Assembly (NCBI GenBank): GCA_964291295.2
Contig: OZ219754.1
Coordinates: forward strand, 3,328,001 to 3,392,000
Origin: an uncultured Candidatus Binatia bacterium
Lineage (GTDB): Bacteria; Desulfobacterota; Binatia; UBA9968; JAJDTQ01
Reading direction: 5' to 3'
Length of the DNA: 64,000 nucleotides
The first letter of the stretch is position 1, and each line of letters starts with the position of its first letter. A program made the position numbers and the translations under genes. Shown here in pieces: positions 51,612 through 61,454 of the stretch. The notes under the pieces were generated by a model. That model was not told the origin of the DNA. It did not search any database and saw nothing but the letters and a program-made list of their open reading frames with translations.

Positions 51612-52357
51612 AACACATCCGGGCGCTGGATGGGCCAACCCCCGGTCTGGCCGACTATCTGGCCTGCGATGGTGGGCACGCGAGTTGGGAGGGATTCCAC
51701 AGTCACCGGGCGGGTGCGGCCTACCGTGAAATCATTGAGACGCTCTGTTCCATCCAGCACGGGCTGTGCGGATACTGCGAGATCGACATCACCGAACGCG
51801 ACAAGCAGGTCGAGCACGTCATACCACGGAGCAATCCGCTTCAAGGCGTGGCTCGTGCCCTCGACCCGACCAACATGATCGCCTGCTGCAAGGGCGGCAC
51901 TCGTGAGACTGACGATCCGATGCGATGGCTGGAACCCGCCCGGCGCAATCGCAGTTGCGGAGAAGCCAAGGGCAATCGGACAGACGCGGATTTCGTCGAT
52001 CCAAGGACTTTGACCGACTTGCCGTCACTGACACGGGTGAGCTTCGACGGCCGAATCAGAGCCGATGCCGAGTCGTGTGACCGTTGCGGGATTCCTGTTG
52101 CCAGGATGGAGAAAACGATCGAGATACTCGGACTGAACATTGAGCGGTTGCGGCGAGCACGAGAAAAACACTGGAACGCGCTGACCGACAACTGGGAGTT
52201 GAAGACGGACGATCCCTTGATGATCGAAGCGGCTGCAAGAGCAGAGCTTCTTCCGGGCAAGAACAGTCGCCTGCCGCGATTCTTCACCACAAGCCGAAGC
52301 TACTTTGGCGTGTACGCCGAGAGGGTTCTTTCGGAACCTCCACGGGACTGGATATGA
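51608..52357 (+). CDS. Septu PtuB-like HNH endonuclease
   Basis: QHGLCGYCE, VEHVIPRS, NMIACC, SCGEAKGN, TIEILGLN; GTGA overlap with the ATPase. Confidence 0.85.
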   Translation: MKHIRALDGPTPGLADYLACDGGHASWEGFHSHRAGAAYREIIETLCSIQHGLCGYCEIDITERDKQVEHVIPRSNPLQGVARALDPTNMIACCKGGTRETDDPMRWLEPARRNRSCGEAKGNRTDADFVDPRTLTDLPSLTRVSFDGRIRADAESCDRCGIPVARMEKTIEILGLNIERLRRAREKHWNALTDNWELKTDDPLMIEAAARAELLPGKNSRLPRFFTTSRSYFGVYAERVLSEPPRDWI

Positions 52358-52361
52358 GCCG

Positions 52362-52400
52362 ATGTCCGACACCCGTCTGATCGAGCGTTGGCTGCCGATC
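52362..52400 (+). pseudogene. N-terminal stub resembling a DUF1156 adenine-methyltransferase
   Basis: MSDTRLIERWLPI starts 4 bp after the HNH stop and resembles the recalled DUF1156 N-terminus. Only 13 codons long. Confidence 0.45.
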
Positions 52401-52590
52401 GGGACCGCCCGCGACGAGGCAGAAACCCACATGCTCGGACCCGGCGGCATGCTCGGCAGCAAGACCCCGGCTCCCGTGTACCAGGAACTCCACGGCTTGA
52501 TGCCGGCCCATTACGCCGTGCGCCGCCTCATCCAAGAGGCCGCACGAAGATCCGGATCGGCTATCCTTCCTTCACGCCGTGAACGTCGCC
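52401..52590 (+). mobile_element. IS4-family transposase C-terminal fragment
   Basis: DEAETHM...LGSKTPAPVYQELHGLMPAHYAVRRLIQEAA. Confidence 0.65.
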
Positions 52591-53643
52591 CGTCGCCTTC
52601 GGTCCGTACTCCACGACCGCTTGCGCCACGGCCCCGCACCATCCCGCGAGCGCATCCACTTGATCATCGGTGAACGCCCGGTCGATCGGGCATTTCAATT
52701 CGCTGCCCGCAGGCATGAACAGCCTCGTCGCGTCCGCGGCGGTCCGAAGTCGGTTGATAGCCTCGGGGGGAGCACTTGTCTTCCCTGCGATGCCGTAACC
52801 GTCAGCCAAGGCCGTGTAGAGCGTCTGCTTGTTCCCTGAAGAGGGTGGGTAGCAGTAGCAGACGACCACGCGCGCTCCGTTGACCTCGACACCGACCGTG
52901 AAACTCGTGTCTCGTATTCTGACGGACATCGACCGGCTGCGTGCCAGTTCGAGAATTCTGGAGAAGACACGTTTCCCGTGCTCGTCGCATTTCTTCAGGA
53001 AGTCGCCTTCCGAAACCACGGGCGGTGGTTTGGACGCCACGTGGCGCGGCTTTACGTCTCCTACCCCGACGACGGTCTCCTGAGACAGCAGACGACCGCC
53101 CTCGGCAGCCTTGAAGAAGGCGAACTCGACGCACGTCACGCGGACGCCCTTGGATCCAAGGAACGAGGCCGTCTGCCTGATCGCCGGCGTCACCTGCTGT
53201 CCGACAACCACGATGCGTTGGTCCTGGTTGAACGCGACGGCTTCCGATGGATCGACGCTGAAACAGTCCCGGTGGCAGTCGGCAAGACTGAGTGATTCGT
53301 CCTGCTCGTGGCGGCGGAGGATGCACTCCAGCGTGTCCACATCCAGCCGCGCGGCGAACGCGGCGTATTCGAGTGCCTGGGCGAGGACATCCCGCGGCGT
53401 GCGGTCTCGCTTCAGTTCCACCACGACCACATTCCCCTCGCGGTCTACGCCGAGGAGGTCGATGAGCCCGCCGAGGTCGGTTCGCACCTGGCGCCCGAGG
53501 ATCAGAATCCGGCCGTCCTCGAGAATCTTGTCGGGATTGGACACCAGCCACTGTTCAAGGACGGATTCCTGATGATCGACCTCGAACGGCAACTGTTCGT
53601 ATTCCGTGAAATCGCCGTCGGAACCAACGCGGAAGAGTCTCAT
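52561..53643 (-). CDS. NucS/DUF91-like PD-(D/E)xK endonuclease domain protein
   Basis: ESVLEQWL...IDLLGVDREGNVVVVELKR...VLAQALEYA. Confidence 0.8.
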   Translation of the reverse strand: MRLFRVGSDGDFTEYEQLPFEVDHQESVLEQWLVSNPDKILEDGRILILGRQVRTDLGGLIDLLGVDREGNVVVVELKRDRTPRDVLAQALEYAAFAARLDVDTLECILRRHEQDESLSLADCHRDCFSVDPSEAVAFNQDQRIVVVGQQVTPAIRQTASFLGSKGVRVTCVEFAFFKAAEGGRLLSQETVVGVGDVKPRHVASKPPPVVSEGDFLKKCDEHGKRVFSRILELARSRSMSVRIRDTSFTVGVEVNGARVVVCYCYPPSSGNKQTLYTALADGYGIAGKTSAPPEAINRLRTAADATRLFMPAGSELKCPIDRAFTDDQVDALAGWCGAVAQAVVEYGPKATGDVHGVKEG

Positions 53644-53704
53644 GGTTGCCCATGCCATCGGGCGTCGCCGGGCCTGCATCCAGGGTGAACGTGCTTCCCG
53701 CACG

Positions 53705-53876
53705 GCCTCCGGCCACCGCGGTCTCCTCGTGGCGGCACACGATGATATCCGAGTGGTTGCAGATCACCAGCGAATCGTGAATGCCGCGAAAGCCCGCCCC
53801 GGGATTCAGCGCGGCGTACCTTGTCCCCAGGCTCCCTGAACATGTCCACGATCAGGTCGGAGCCGCATTCCGCCAT
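53705..53876 (-). pseudogene. Truncated, frameshifted N-terminus of a thiamine-pyrophosphate-binding enzyme
   Basis: GSDLIVDM, then LNPGAGFRGIHDSLV...IIVCRHEETAVA. Confidence 0.65.
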
Positions 53877-53920
53877 GTCAAAATTCGTTTCGTGGACTGC
53901 TCGTTCCGGTACGGCGCCGG

Positions 53921-54706
53921 TCACTCGCCGCGCCACTGCGGCGCCCGCTTCTCCACGAAGGCCTGCGCGCCCTCCTTGATGTCCGAGGTGGTCCTCAGCA
54001 GCGCTGACAGGTCGGTCTCCAGACGCAGGCCGTCGTCCAGGGACATCTCGTAGCCTTCGCGCACCGCCTCCTTGGCGAAGACCACGGCCAGCGGCGCGTT
54101 GGCGGCCATGGCCCGGGCGTACTCCTCGGCCGTGGCCATGAGCCGGTCGCGCGGCACCACCTTGTTCACGAGGCCGATGCGGCCGGCTTCCCGGGCGTCG
54201 ATGACGCTGCCGGTGAGGATCAGCTCCAGCGCCTTGCCGAGTCCCACGACCCGCGACAACCGCTGGGTGCCGCCGCTCCCCGGGATCATGCCGCGGGAAA
54301 CCTCGGGGAGACCCAGCTTCGCCTCTTCCACCGCCACCCGGATGTCGCAGGCCAGCGCCAGTTCGCAACCGCCGCCCAGGGCGAAACCGTTGATGGCCGC
54401 GATGACCGGCTTGTGGAGCCGGGCGATCATCTCGGTGTCGCTGATCTCCAGCTTGGCCTGCCGGGCCGCCACCACCCCGACCTGCTCCCGGGCGGCCTCC
54501 TTGAGGTCCCTGCCGGCCGAGAAAGAGCGATCCCCGGCGCCGGTGATGATGGCCACCCGCACCTCCGGGTCCGCCCGGATGATACCGACGGCATCGATGA
54601 GTTCCTCGCGCATCTGCCGGTTGCGCGCATTCAGCACCTCCGGACGGTCCAGCGTCACGCGGGCGATGCCGTCCCGGCGCTCGAATCGTATGGTTCCGTA
54701 GTCCAT
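53921..54706 (-). CDS. Enoyl-CoA hydratase/isomerase family
   Basis: VTLDRPEVLNA, FSAGRDL, KPVIAAINGFALGGGCELALACD, LPEV, PGSGGTQRL. Confidence 0.93.
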   Translation of the reverse strand: MDYGTIRFERRDGIARVTLDRPEVLNARNRQMREELIDAVGIIRADPEVRVAIITGAGDRSFSAGRDLKEAAREQVGVVAARQAKLEISDTEMIARLHKPVIAAINGFALGGGCELALACDIRVAVEEAKLGLPEVSRGMIPGSGGTQRLSRVVGLGKALELILTGSVIDAREAGRIGLVNKVVPRDRLMATAEEYARAMAANAPLAVVFAKEAVREGYEMSLDDGLRLETDLSALLRTTSDIKEGAQAFVEKRAPQWRGE

Positions 54707-54783
54707 GTCGCTCCTCGTTGTCGTTCCCGCATCCGGTGTCGTTGCAACTCCGGCGCCAACCCCCGTTTCCGCGGCCCTGCGGT

Positions 54784-55905
54784 TCAGCCGCGCCGATCCA
54801 GCGGTTCGAATGCGAGACCCGCCGCGCCCACGTAGCGTGCGTTGGGCCGGAACAGGCGGTTGTGGTCGAGCTGTTCGATGACGTGCGCCGACCAGCCCAC
54901 GGCCCGGCTCATGGCGAAGATGGGCGTGTTGAGGCTGACGGGGATCTTCATCATGTGGTAGATGGGAGCGGCGTAGAAGTCCACGTTGGGGCAGAGGTTC
55001 TTCTCCCGGCGCATCACCTCCTCGACGGCGGTACAGATGTCGCTCAACCGGGTATCGTCGAGTTGCCTGCCGAGCAACGCGCCCCACTTCCGGGCCACCG
55101 CCACCCGTGAGTCCGCGGTCTTGTAGATACGATGGCCGAAGCCCATGACGCGCCTCTTCTGTCGCAGGCTTTCCCGCACCCACGCCTCGGCCCGGGCCGG
55201 TTCCCCGATCTCCAGGACGACGTCCAGGGCCTTCTCGTTGGCGCCGCCGTGAAGCGGTCCCTTGAGCGCCGCGATGGCCCCCACCACCGCGCCGTAGAGA
55301 TCCGCCAGCGTGGAGGCGATGACCCGGGCGGTGAACGTGGAGGCGTTGAACTCGTGCTCCATGTAGAGGATGAGCGTCACCTCCAGCACCTTGGCCTCGA
55401 ACGCATCCGGCCGCTCGCCGCGCAGCATGTAGAGAAAGTTCGCCGCGTGGTTGAGTTCCGGGTCCGGCGCCACCACCTCCAGGCCCCGGGAGAGCCGGTG
55501 CAGCGCCGCCACCATGGAGGGCAGGCGCGCCAGCAGCCGGGTGGCCTTTCTCAGATTGGCGCCGCGGGAGTCGTCGCCGGCGTCGGGGTCGTAGAGTGCC
55601 AGCACGGAAACCGCGGTGCGAAGGGCATCCATGGGAACCGCGTCCGAAGGGAGCCGTTCGAGGCTTTCGATCACCCCCGGCGGCAGCGCCCGTCGAGAGC
55701 GCAGTTCCGCATCGAAGGCCGCCAACTCGGCCCGGGCGGGAAGCCTGCCGAACAGCACCAGGCAAGCCACCTCTTCGAAGCCCGCCTGCTCCGCCAGGTC
55801 GTGCACGTCATAGCCGCGGTAGACCAGCTTGCCTTCCGGGCGCACCGAACAGATGGCCGTCTCGCCGGCCACGACCCCTTCCAACCCGGCCTTTGTCTCT
55901 GCCAT
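54784..55905 (-). CDS. Citrate synthase / 2-methylcitrate synthase
   Basis: GLEGVVA, YRGY, EHEFNASTF, GPLHGGANE, MGFGHRIYK, PNVDFY. Confidence 0.92.
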   Translation of the reverse strand: MAETKAGLEGVVAGETAICSVRPEGKLVYRGYDVHDLAEQAGFEEVACLVLFGRLPARAELAAFDAELRSRRALPPGVIESLERLPSDAVPMDALRTAVSVLALYDPDAGDDSRGANLRKATRLLARLPSMVAALHRLSRGLEVVAPDPELNHAANFLYMLRGERPDAFEAKVLEVTLILYMEHEFNASTFTARVIASTLADLYGAVVGAIAALKGPLHGGANEKALDVVLEIGEPARAEAWVRESLRQKRRVMGFGHRIYKTADSRVAVARKWGALLGRQLDDTRLSDICTAVEEVMRREKNLCPNVDFYAAPIYHMMKIPVSLNTPIFAMSRAVGWSAHVIEQLDHNRLFRPNARYVGAAGLAFEPLDRRG

Positions 55906-56300
55906 CGCTGCCTCCCCGCGCCCGCGTACCGGACACCCCGCAAGAACGCTGTCGGACACTTACTCCAACAGGCGATGGCGTTCAACCGGCATCGGACGCC
56001 TCCTCCATTCCCGCATCGCCGCGTCCCTGCCGTACTCCGGTCCCAGGGCCTTGCACCGCCGCCTTTGCGGCCTCCCGTCCTTGACGGGCCGTGACGGCAT
56101 CACGGGCGGCGGCCTTGGACAGGCGGGCGACAACGCCGGGAAACCATCGTCCGCATCCGCCGGGCGGTCCCGGCGTTCAGGGGAGCGGCCGCGTGGAGAA
56201 CCTCGCGGCACGCCAGCCACTGTTGAAACGGCGTGCGGACTGGTCTATCGTACGCCCGTCGAATCGCGTCGAATCTGTCTGTCCGACAAGGAGGATCCCC

Positions 56301-57344
56301 ATGTTGCGACGAAGGGTCTGGATCGGGCTCGTCACGGCCGTGCTGTCGTCGTTCGCAAGCGCTGTCATGGCCGAATCGTTCTACGACGGCAAGACGGTCA
56401 AGATCGTGTCGGTGCATGCGCCGGGCGGCGGCTACGACACCTACTCGCGCCTGTTCGCGCGTCACCTGGGCAAGCACCTGCCCGGCAAACCCAAGGTGAT
56501 CGTCATCAACATCCCCGGCGGCAGCGGCCTCATCGGCACGAACTACGTGTTCAATGTGACGAAACCGGACGGCCTTACCCTTGTCCAGCCCAGTTGGGGC
56601 CTCGCACAGGCACAGTTCCTGAACTTCCCCGGGATCAAGTACGACGTCAACAAGTTCATCTGGCTGGGGCTCGCCAATGCCGGTCCCGTCACCGTGGTGG
56701 TGCGCAAGGGATCCCCGGTCCGGAGCATGGACGATTGGCTGGATCCCGGGACCCGGACGCTGATCTTCGGCTGTACGTCACGCAACAGTCCGACCTGCAG
56801 CATCCCCTTGGCCATGAACGACATCTTCGGTCCCACCACCTCCAGGATCGTGCCGGGCTACCGGGGCACGGCGCCGATCCGCGCCGCGCTGTTGCAGAAC
56901 GAAGTGGACGCCCTTACCGGATGGAGCTGGGACTCGGTGAAGTCCACGGGCATGTCCATGATCGATGAGGGCGCGGCCAGCATCATCGCCTACATCGGCG
57001 AGGAACGCCATCCGGAACTCGAGGCGCGCAACGTCCCGTATCTGAACCCCCGCATCACCCGGGCGAACGACATCGCCTTCATGAAGGTACTGATGCTGCC
57101 GGCGGCCATGCTGCGGCCCTGGGCGCTGCCGCCCGGAACCCCGCAGGACAAGGTCCGGATCGTGCAGACGGCCTTCGACGCCACCTTGAAGGATCCCGCG
57201 TTCCTGGCGGACGCCCGACGGGCGCGGCTGGACATCAACCCCAGGAGCGGCGGGTATCTCGTGAATCTCATGAACGACATGAAGAACCGGATGACGCCGG
57301 AGATCGTCAGCCGGGCACGGAAGATCATCGGCCTGGACAAGTAG
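56301..57344 (+). CDS. Tripartite tricarboxylate transporter substrate-binding protein (TctC/Bug-like)
   Basis: Signal peptide; FYDGKTV..PGGGYD..R..ARHL; NIPGGSG; GYRG; PPGTP...DPAF. Confidence 0.85.
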   Translation: MLRRRVWIGLVTAVLSSFASAVMAESFYDGKTVKIVSVHAPGGGYDTYSRLFARHLGKHLPGKPKVIVINIPGGSGLIGTNYVFNVTKPDGLTLVQPSWGLAQAQFLNFPGIKYDVNKFIWLGLANAGPVTVVVRKGSPVRSMDDWLDPGTRTLIFGCTSRNSPTCSIPLAMNDIFGPTTSRIVPGYRGTAPIRAALLQNEVDALTGWSWDSVKSTGMSMIDEGAASIIAYIGEERHPELEARNVPYLNPRITRANDIAFMKVLMLPAAMLRPWALPPGTPQDKVRIVQTAFDATLKDPAFLADARRARLDINPRSGGYLVNLMNDMKNRMTPEIVSRARKIIGLDK

Positions 57345-57414
57345 GAAGGCGGGAAGCCGGGACGCTTCGTGCGACCCCGCGGATTCCCGGACCCGCGCGG
57401 ACAAGGAGGCAATC

Positions 57415-58569
57415 ATGTCGAACCTCTCGGGAAAGTACGCCGTGGTGGGCGTGGGCGAGACCCGGGTGGGCAAGCGGCCGGAAGCCACCACCCACTCGCT
57501 GCATCTGGAAGCCATACGCCTGTGCCTTGAGGACGCCGGCGTCGACACCTCCCAGGTGGACGGCCTGCTCACCAACCAGCCGCTCACCGACGCCCACCGG
57601 AGCTACGCCGTGCGTCTCGCGCACATGGCGGGCATCGACCCCAGCTATGCCACCGACCTGGCATTGGGGGGTGCCACCCCCATCGCGATGATCCAGAACG
57701 CGGTGATGGCCATCGAAGCCGGCATGGCCCGCTACGTGGTATGCGTCCACGCGCGCAAGCGGGCGACGCCAGACCCCACGCCGGGCTTTCCCATCCGCAG
57801 CGGTGACGAGCACTGGGAGCAGCCTTGGGGGCATTTCTCCGCGGTCGCCAATCACGCATTCGCGGCCACACGTCACATGCACGAGTTCGGCACCACGAGC
57901 GAGGATCTGGGCCAGATCGCCGTGTCCACGCGCAAGCACGCATGCCTGAACGGCAACGCCGCCATGCGGAAACCCATGACCATCGAGGACCACCAGGCCT
58001 CGCGGTTCATCGTGGAGCCGCTCCACCTGTTCGACTGCTCGCTGGAGTCGGACGGCGGCGCGGCCCTGCTGGTGACCGACATGGAGCGAGCCAGGGACCT
58101 TCCCAGGAAGCCGGTGCAGGTGCTGGGCATGGGACAGCACCACCCCCACTCCAGCGTCATGGATGCGCCCACCCTCACCACCCTGGGGAGCCGGAAGTCG
58201 TCGGAGGCCGCCTACCGGATGGCCGGGCTCGGACCCGGGGAGATGGACTTCGCCCAACTCTATGACTGCTTCACCATCACCACGATGATCACCATCGAGG
58301 ACTACGGCTTCTGCGACAAGGGCGAGGGCAAGGACTTCGTCAAGGACGGCCGCATCGAGGTGGGCGGCGAGATCCCGGTGAACACGCACGGCGGGTTGCT
58401 GTCGCAGGCCCATCTCGAGGGCATCCTGCACGTCACGGAAGGCGTCCGGCAGCTGCGTGGCAACGAGGTGGAGCCGGAGCGTCAGGTCCAGGGGGCCAGG
58501 GCCGGCATCATCAGCGGCCACGGCGGCAGCCTCAGCATGCACGCATCACTCATATTGGGGGTATCATGA
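57415..58569 (+). CDS. SCP2-type (non-canonical) thiolase family protein
   Basis: AVVGVGET, PLHLFDCS..SDGGAA, QLYDCFT, NTHGGLLS. Confidence 0.9.
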   Translation: MSNLSGKYAVVGVGETRVGKRPEATTHSLHLEAIRLCLEDAGVDTSQVDGLLTNQPLTDAHRSYAVRLAHMAGIDPSYATDLALGGATPIAMIQNAVMAIEAGMARYVVCVHARKRATPDPTPGFPIRSGDEHWEQPWGHFSAVANHAFAATRHMHEFGTTSEDLGQIAVSTRKHACLNGNAAMRKPMTIEDHQASRFIVEPLHLFDCSLESDGGAALLVTDMERARDLPRKPVQVLGMGQHHPHSSVMDAPTLTTLGSRKSSEAAYRMAGLGPGEMDFAQLYDCFTITTMITIEDYGFCDKGEGKDFVKDGRIEVGGEIPVNTHGGLLSQAHLEGILHVTEGVRQLRGNEVEPERQVQGARAGIISGHGGSLSMHASLILGVS

Positions 58570-59006
58570 GCAAACCACACGACGAACGCGGGCGCGCGGT
58601 GCCGCGCGCCGAACCGTTTCTCGCGGAGGTGGAGGCCAGGCCCTTCTGGGACAATCTCAGGGAACACATGCTCACGGTGCAGCGGTGCAACGCCTGCCAA
58701 GCCTACTTCAGCTTCCCGCCGCAGGCGCTGTGCGCCCGATGCCTGTCGCCGGACAACGCCTGGGTGCCGGTGAGCGGCAAGGGCACCGTCTATTCCTTCG
58801 TCACCTATCACCGGGCCTGGCACCCGGCCTACCGGGACCGGATTCCCTACAACGTCTCGCTCATCGATCTCGACGAGGGGCCGCGGCTCGTGAGCAACGT
58901 CGTCGACATCCCGCCGGACGCGGTGCAGGTGGGGATGGCGGTGGAGGTGGTGTTCGACGATCAAGGAGAGTTCACGCTGCCGAAGTTCAGGCCGAGCACT
59001 GCGTGA
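58566..59006 (+). CDS. Zn-ribbon/OB-fold (DUF35) protein
   Basis: PFW, QRCNAC, CARC, SGKGTVYS, LDEGPR; ATGA overlap with the thiolase. Confidence 0.92.
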   Translation: MSKPHDERGRAVPRAEPFLAEVEARPFWDNLREHMLTVQRCNACQAYFSFPPQALCARCLSPDNAWVPVSGKGTVYSFVTYHRAWHPAYRDRIPYNVSLIDLDEGPRLVSNVVDIPPDAVQVGMAVEVVFDDQGEFTLPKFRPSTA

Positions 59007-59046
59007 ACGAGCACGTCCTGAAGGATGACGCCGCGGACGGCAAGGG

Positions 59047-60261
59047 CTACGCCAGCACTCCCTCCTCTTGCCACTTCCTGATGGCGTCGTCGTCGTAGCC
59101 AAGCACGTCGCGCATCACCTGCGCGGTGTGCGCGCCCAGCGGCGGGGTGAGAGGGATGTCCTCCTCCGGCATGTCCTTGAAGATGAGGCCGCCGCGGGGC
59201 ACCTCGAAGGGGCCGATGGGGGAATCGTCGTACTTCTGGAAATAGTCCCGGTGGCGAAGCTGGGGATCGTTGATCAGGTCGATGCCGTTCTGCACCACGC
59301 CGGCGGCGACGCCGGCCGCCTGCAGCCGGTGCGCGACATCCTCCACCGTCTCGGTGGCCAGCCATTCGGACATGAGCGCGTCCAGTTCGCCGGCATGGCG
59401 GCGGCGCTCCAGGCAGGTGGCGAAGCGGCGGTCCTCCACCAGCGCCGGCCTGCCCATGACGCCGCACAGGCGGCGCCACTCCTCGTCGCTGTTCACCGAC
59501 ACCACGCACCAGCGCTCCTCCCCCTGGCAGCGATAGCAGCCGTGGGGGGCCGCGGTGAGGCTCCGGTTGCCCCGGGGCTCGGGGTCGACGCCGTTGAGGC
59601 TCGACTCCAGGTAGCTCGCTCCGAGGGCATAGCCGGTCAACTCGCCCTGGGAGACGTCGATGGCGCAACCCTTGCCGGTGAGCCGCTGGCGCAACAGGGC
59701 GGCCACCATGAGGGTGGGTCCGGAAATGAAGCCCAGATGGTCGGGATAGACGCCCTGGTTGCCCACGGGGCGCTCCTGACCGGGATGGTTCCACAGGTAG
59801 GTCATGCCGCTGAAGGCGTTCAGATTGAAGCCCCAGGTGCCGTACCGATGCTTGGGTCCGGTCTCGCCCAGGCCCGGCATCTTCAGGATGACGATGGCAG
59901 GGTTCACTTTCCTGAGCTCGTCGTCGCCGAGGCCGAGGCGGTCCAGCACCCGGGGCCGGAAGTTGACCAGCACCGCGTTGGACCTGGCCGCCAACTCCCG
60001 GACGATCCTCTTGCCATCGTCATGCTTGACGTTGACGGTCATGGACCGTATCGCCAGATTGCATTCGACGAAGCGCGGCGAGGTGTTCACGTCGCTGCCC
60101 TGGCCGTAGTGCCTGAACGTGTCCAGCCCGCCCGGACTGGACTCCACCTTGATGACCTCCGCGCCGTACTGGGCCAGCAGCCGGCCGGCATAGGGGCCCG
60201 CGTATCCGGTGGTGAACGCGATGATCCGCACGCCTTCGAGAATCCGGTTGGGGCTGGGCAT
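59047..60261 (-). CDS. Family III CoA-transferase (CaiB/BaiF), subunit with catalytic Asp
   Basis: LEGVRI, AGP...GAEVIKVE, NFRP, GVYPDH, PPLGAHT. Confidence 0.9.
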   Translation of the reverse strand: MPSPNRILEGVRIIAFTTGYAGPYAGRLLAQYGAEVIKVESSPGGLDTFRHYGQGSDVNTSPRFVECNLAIRSMTVNVKHDDGKRIVRELAARSNAVLVNFRPRVLDRLGLGDDELRKVNPAIVILKMPGLGETGPKHRYGTWGFNLNAFSGMTYLWNHPGQERPVGNQGVYPDHLGFISGPTLMVAALLRQRLTGKGCAIDVSQGELTGYALGASYLESSLNGVDPEPRGNRSLTAAPHGCYRCQGEERWCVVSVNSDEEWRRLCGVMGRPALVEDRRFATCLERRRHAGELDALMSEWLATETVEDVAHRLQAAGVAAGVVQNGIDLINDPQLRHRDYFQKYDDSPIGPFEVPRGGLIFKDMPEEDIPLTPPLGAHTAQVMRDVLGYDDDAIRKWQEEGVLA

Positions 60262-61454
60262 CAGATGACTCCCTCCGCCGACAACACGCCGAGTTCGTCC
60301 CCGCTCAACCCCAACTCGCCGAAGACCTCGGCGTTGTGCTGGCCCAGCATGGGAGCGGGCCGGGGGCCGCGGCGCTGGCCGTCCAGCAGGAACGGCGCGC
60401 CCGGTTGCGCGAAGGAGCCGAGCACCGGGTGCGACACCGTGCCGAAGAATCCCCGCTCCACGATGTGCGGATCCTCCATGAAGTCCCGCGGCGAGTTCAC
60501 CGGCAGCGCCGGAAGGCCGTGCTCCTGAAACAGCACGGACAACTCCTCCTTGCCATACCGGGACGTGAACGACGCGACCATGGGATTGAGCCAGTCCGCC
60601 GCGGCGCGCCGGCTCCGGTTGTTCCGGAGCTCCGGGTCGTCCAGCTCCTTCGGATGCCCCTGCCACATTTCGAGGAAGACGGGCCAGTGCCGCTGAGTGG
60701 CAAAGAACGAGATCCAGCCGTCCTTGCACGGGAACAGATTGGCCGGGGCCACGTGCTGGTGCTGGCTGCCGGCGCGCTTCATGAGCCGCCCCTCCACCGA
60801 CCAGGTGAAGGCCACGTGCTCGTGGAGCGCCATGCTGGCCTGCACCGAGGCGTCGATGTGGGCGCCCGTACCCTTGGCCTCGCGCTGCCACAGGGCCAGC
60901 AGTGCGCCGTAGGCCGCGTAGAGGCTGGTGTAGACAAAGGATTGGCCGCCGGGCGGCGCGCACGGCGTCATGTCGGGGTCGCCGCTGATGAACAGCAGCC
61001 CGCCCATGGCGTTGGCCACCAGGTCGGGCGCCTGGTAGCCGCGGTAGGGGCCGTCCTGGCCGAAGGCCGAGATGGACACCAGCACGAGCCTGGGCCGGCG
61101 CGCCACCATTTCGCCGTAACCGACCCCCAACTCCCCCAGGTAACCGGGATCATGGCTGTCGATGACCACATCCGCCCCCTCCACCAGATCCAGGAGGAGG
61201 CCGCGCCCGGTCTTCCGGGACAAGTCCAGGGTGATGCCGCGCTTGCCCGAGTTGAAATAGGCGAACCGGAGGCTGCCCTCGCGGTTGCCGTGCCCGTTGG
61301 CGAAGGGCGGCTCGGTCCGGAGATCATCCCCCGAAGGCGGCTCGACATGGATCACGTCCATGCCGAGGTCCGCCAGCACCTTGCCGCAGAAGGCCCCCAT
61401 GGCGGTGCTGAGGTCCAGCACCCGAAAGCCGGGAAGCAGCGACGCTTCGCTCAT
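60261..61454 (-). CDS. Family III CoA-transferase (CaiB/BaiF), second subunit
   Basis: RVLDLS, LADLG.DVIHVEPP.GD, NSGKRGITLDL, FGQDGPY, APMLGQHN. Confidence 0.9.
   Translation of the reverse strand: MSEASLLPGFRVLDLSTAMGAFCGKVLADLGMDVIHVEPPSGDDLRTEPPFANGHGNREGSLRFAYFNSGKRGITLDLSRKTGRGLLLDLVEGADVVIDSHDPGYLGELGVGYGEMVARRPRLVLVSISAFGQDGPYRGYQAPDLVANAMGGLLFISGDPDMTPCAPPGGQSFVYTSLYAAYGALLALWQREAKGTGAHIDASVQASMALHEHVAFTWSVEGRLMKRAGSQHQHVAPANLFPCKDGWISFFATQRHWPVFLEMWQGHPKELDDPELRNNRSRRAAADWLNPMVASFTSRYGKEELSVLFQEHGLPALPVNSPRDFMEDPHIVERGFFGTVSHPVLGSFAQPGAPFLLDGQRRGPRPAPMLGQHNAEVFGELGLSGDELGVLSAEGVI

Noticed and set aside
49900-52357. Retron (Ec78-like) system
   Set aside because: PtuA/PtuB-like genes are present, but there is no RT (no YADD motif) and no recognisable msr-msd upstream.
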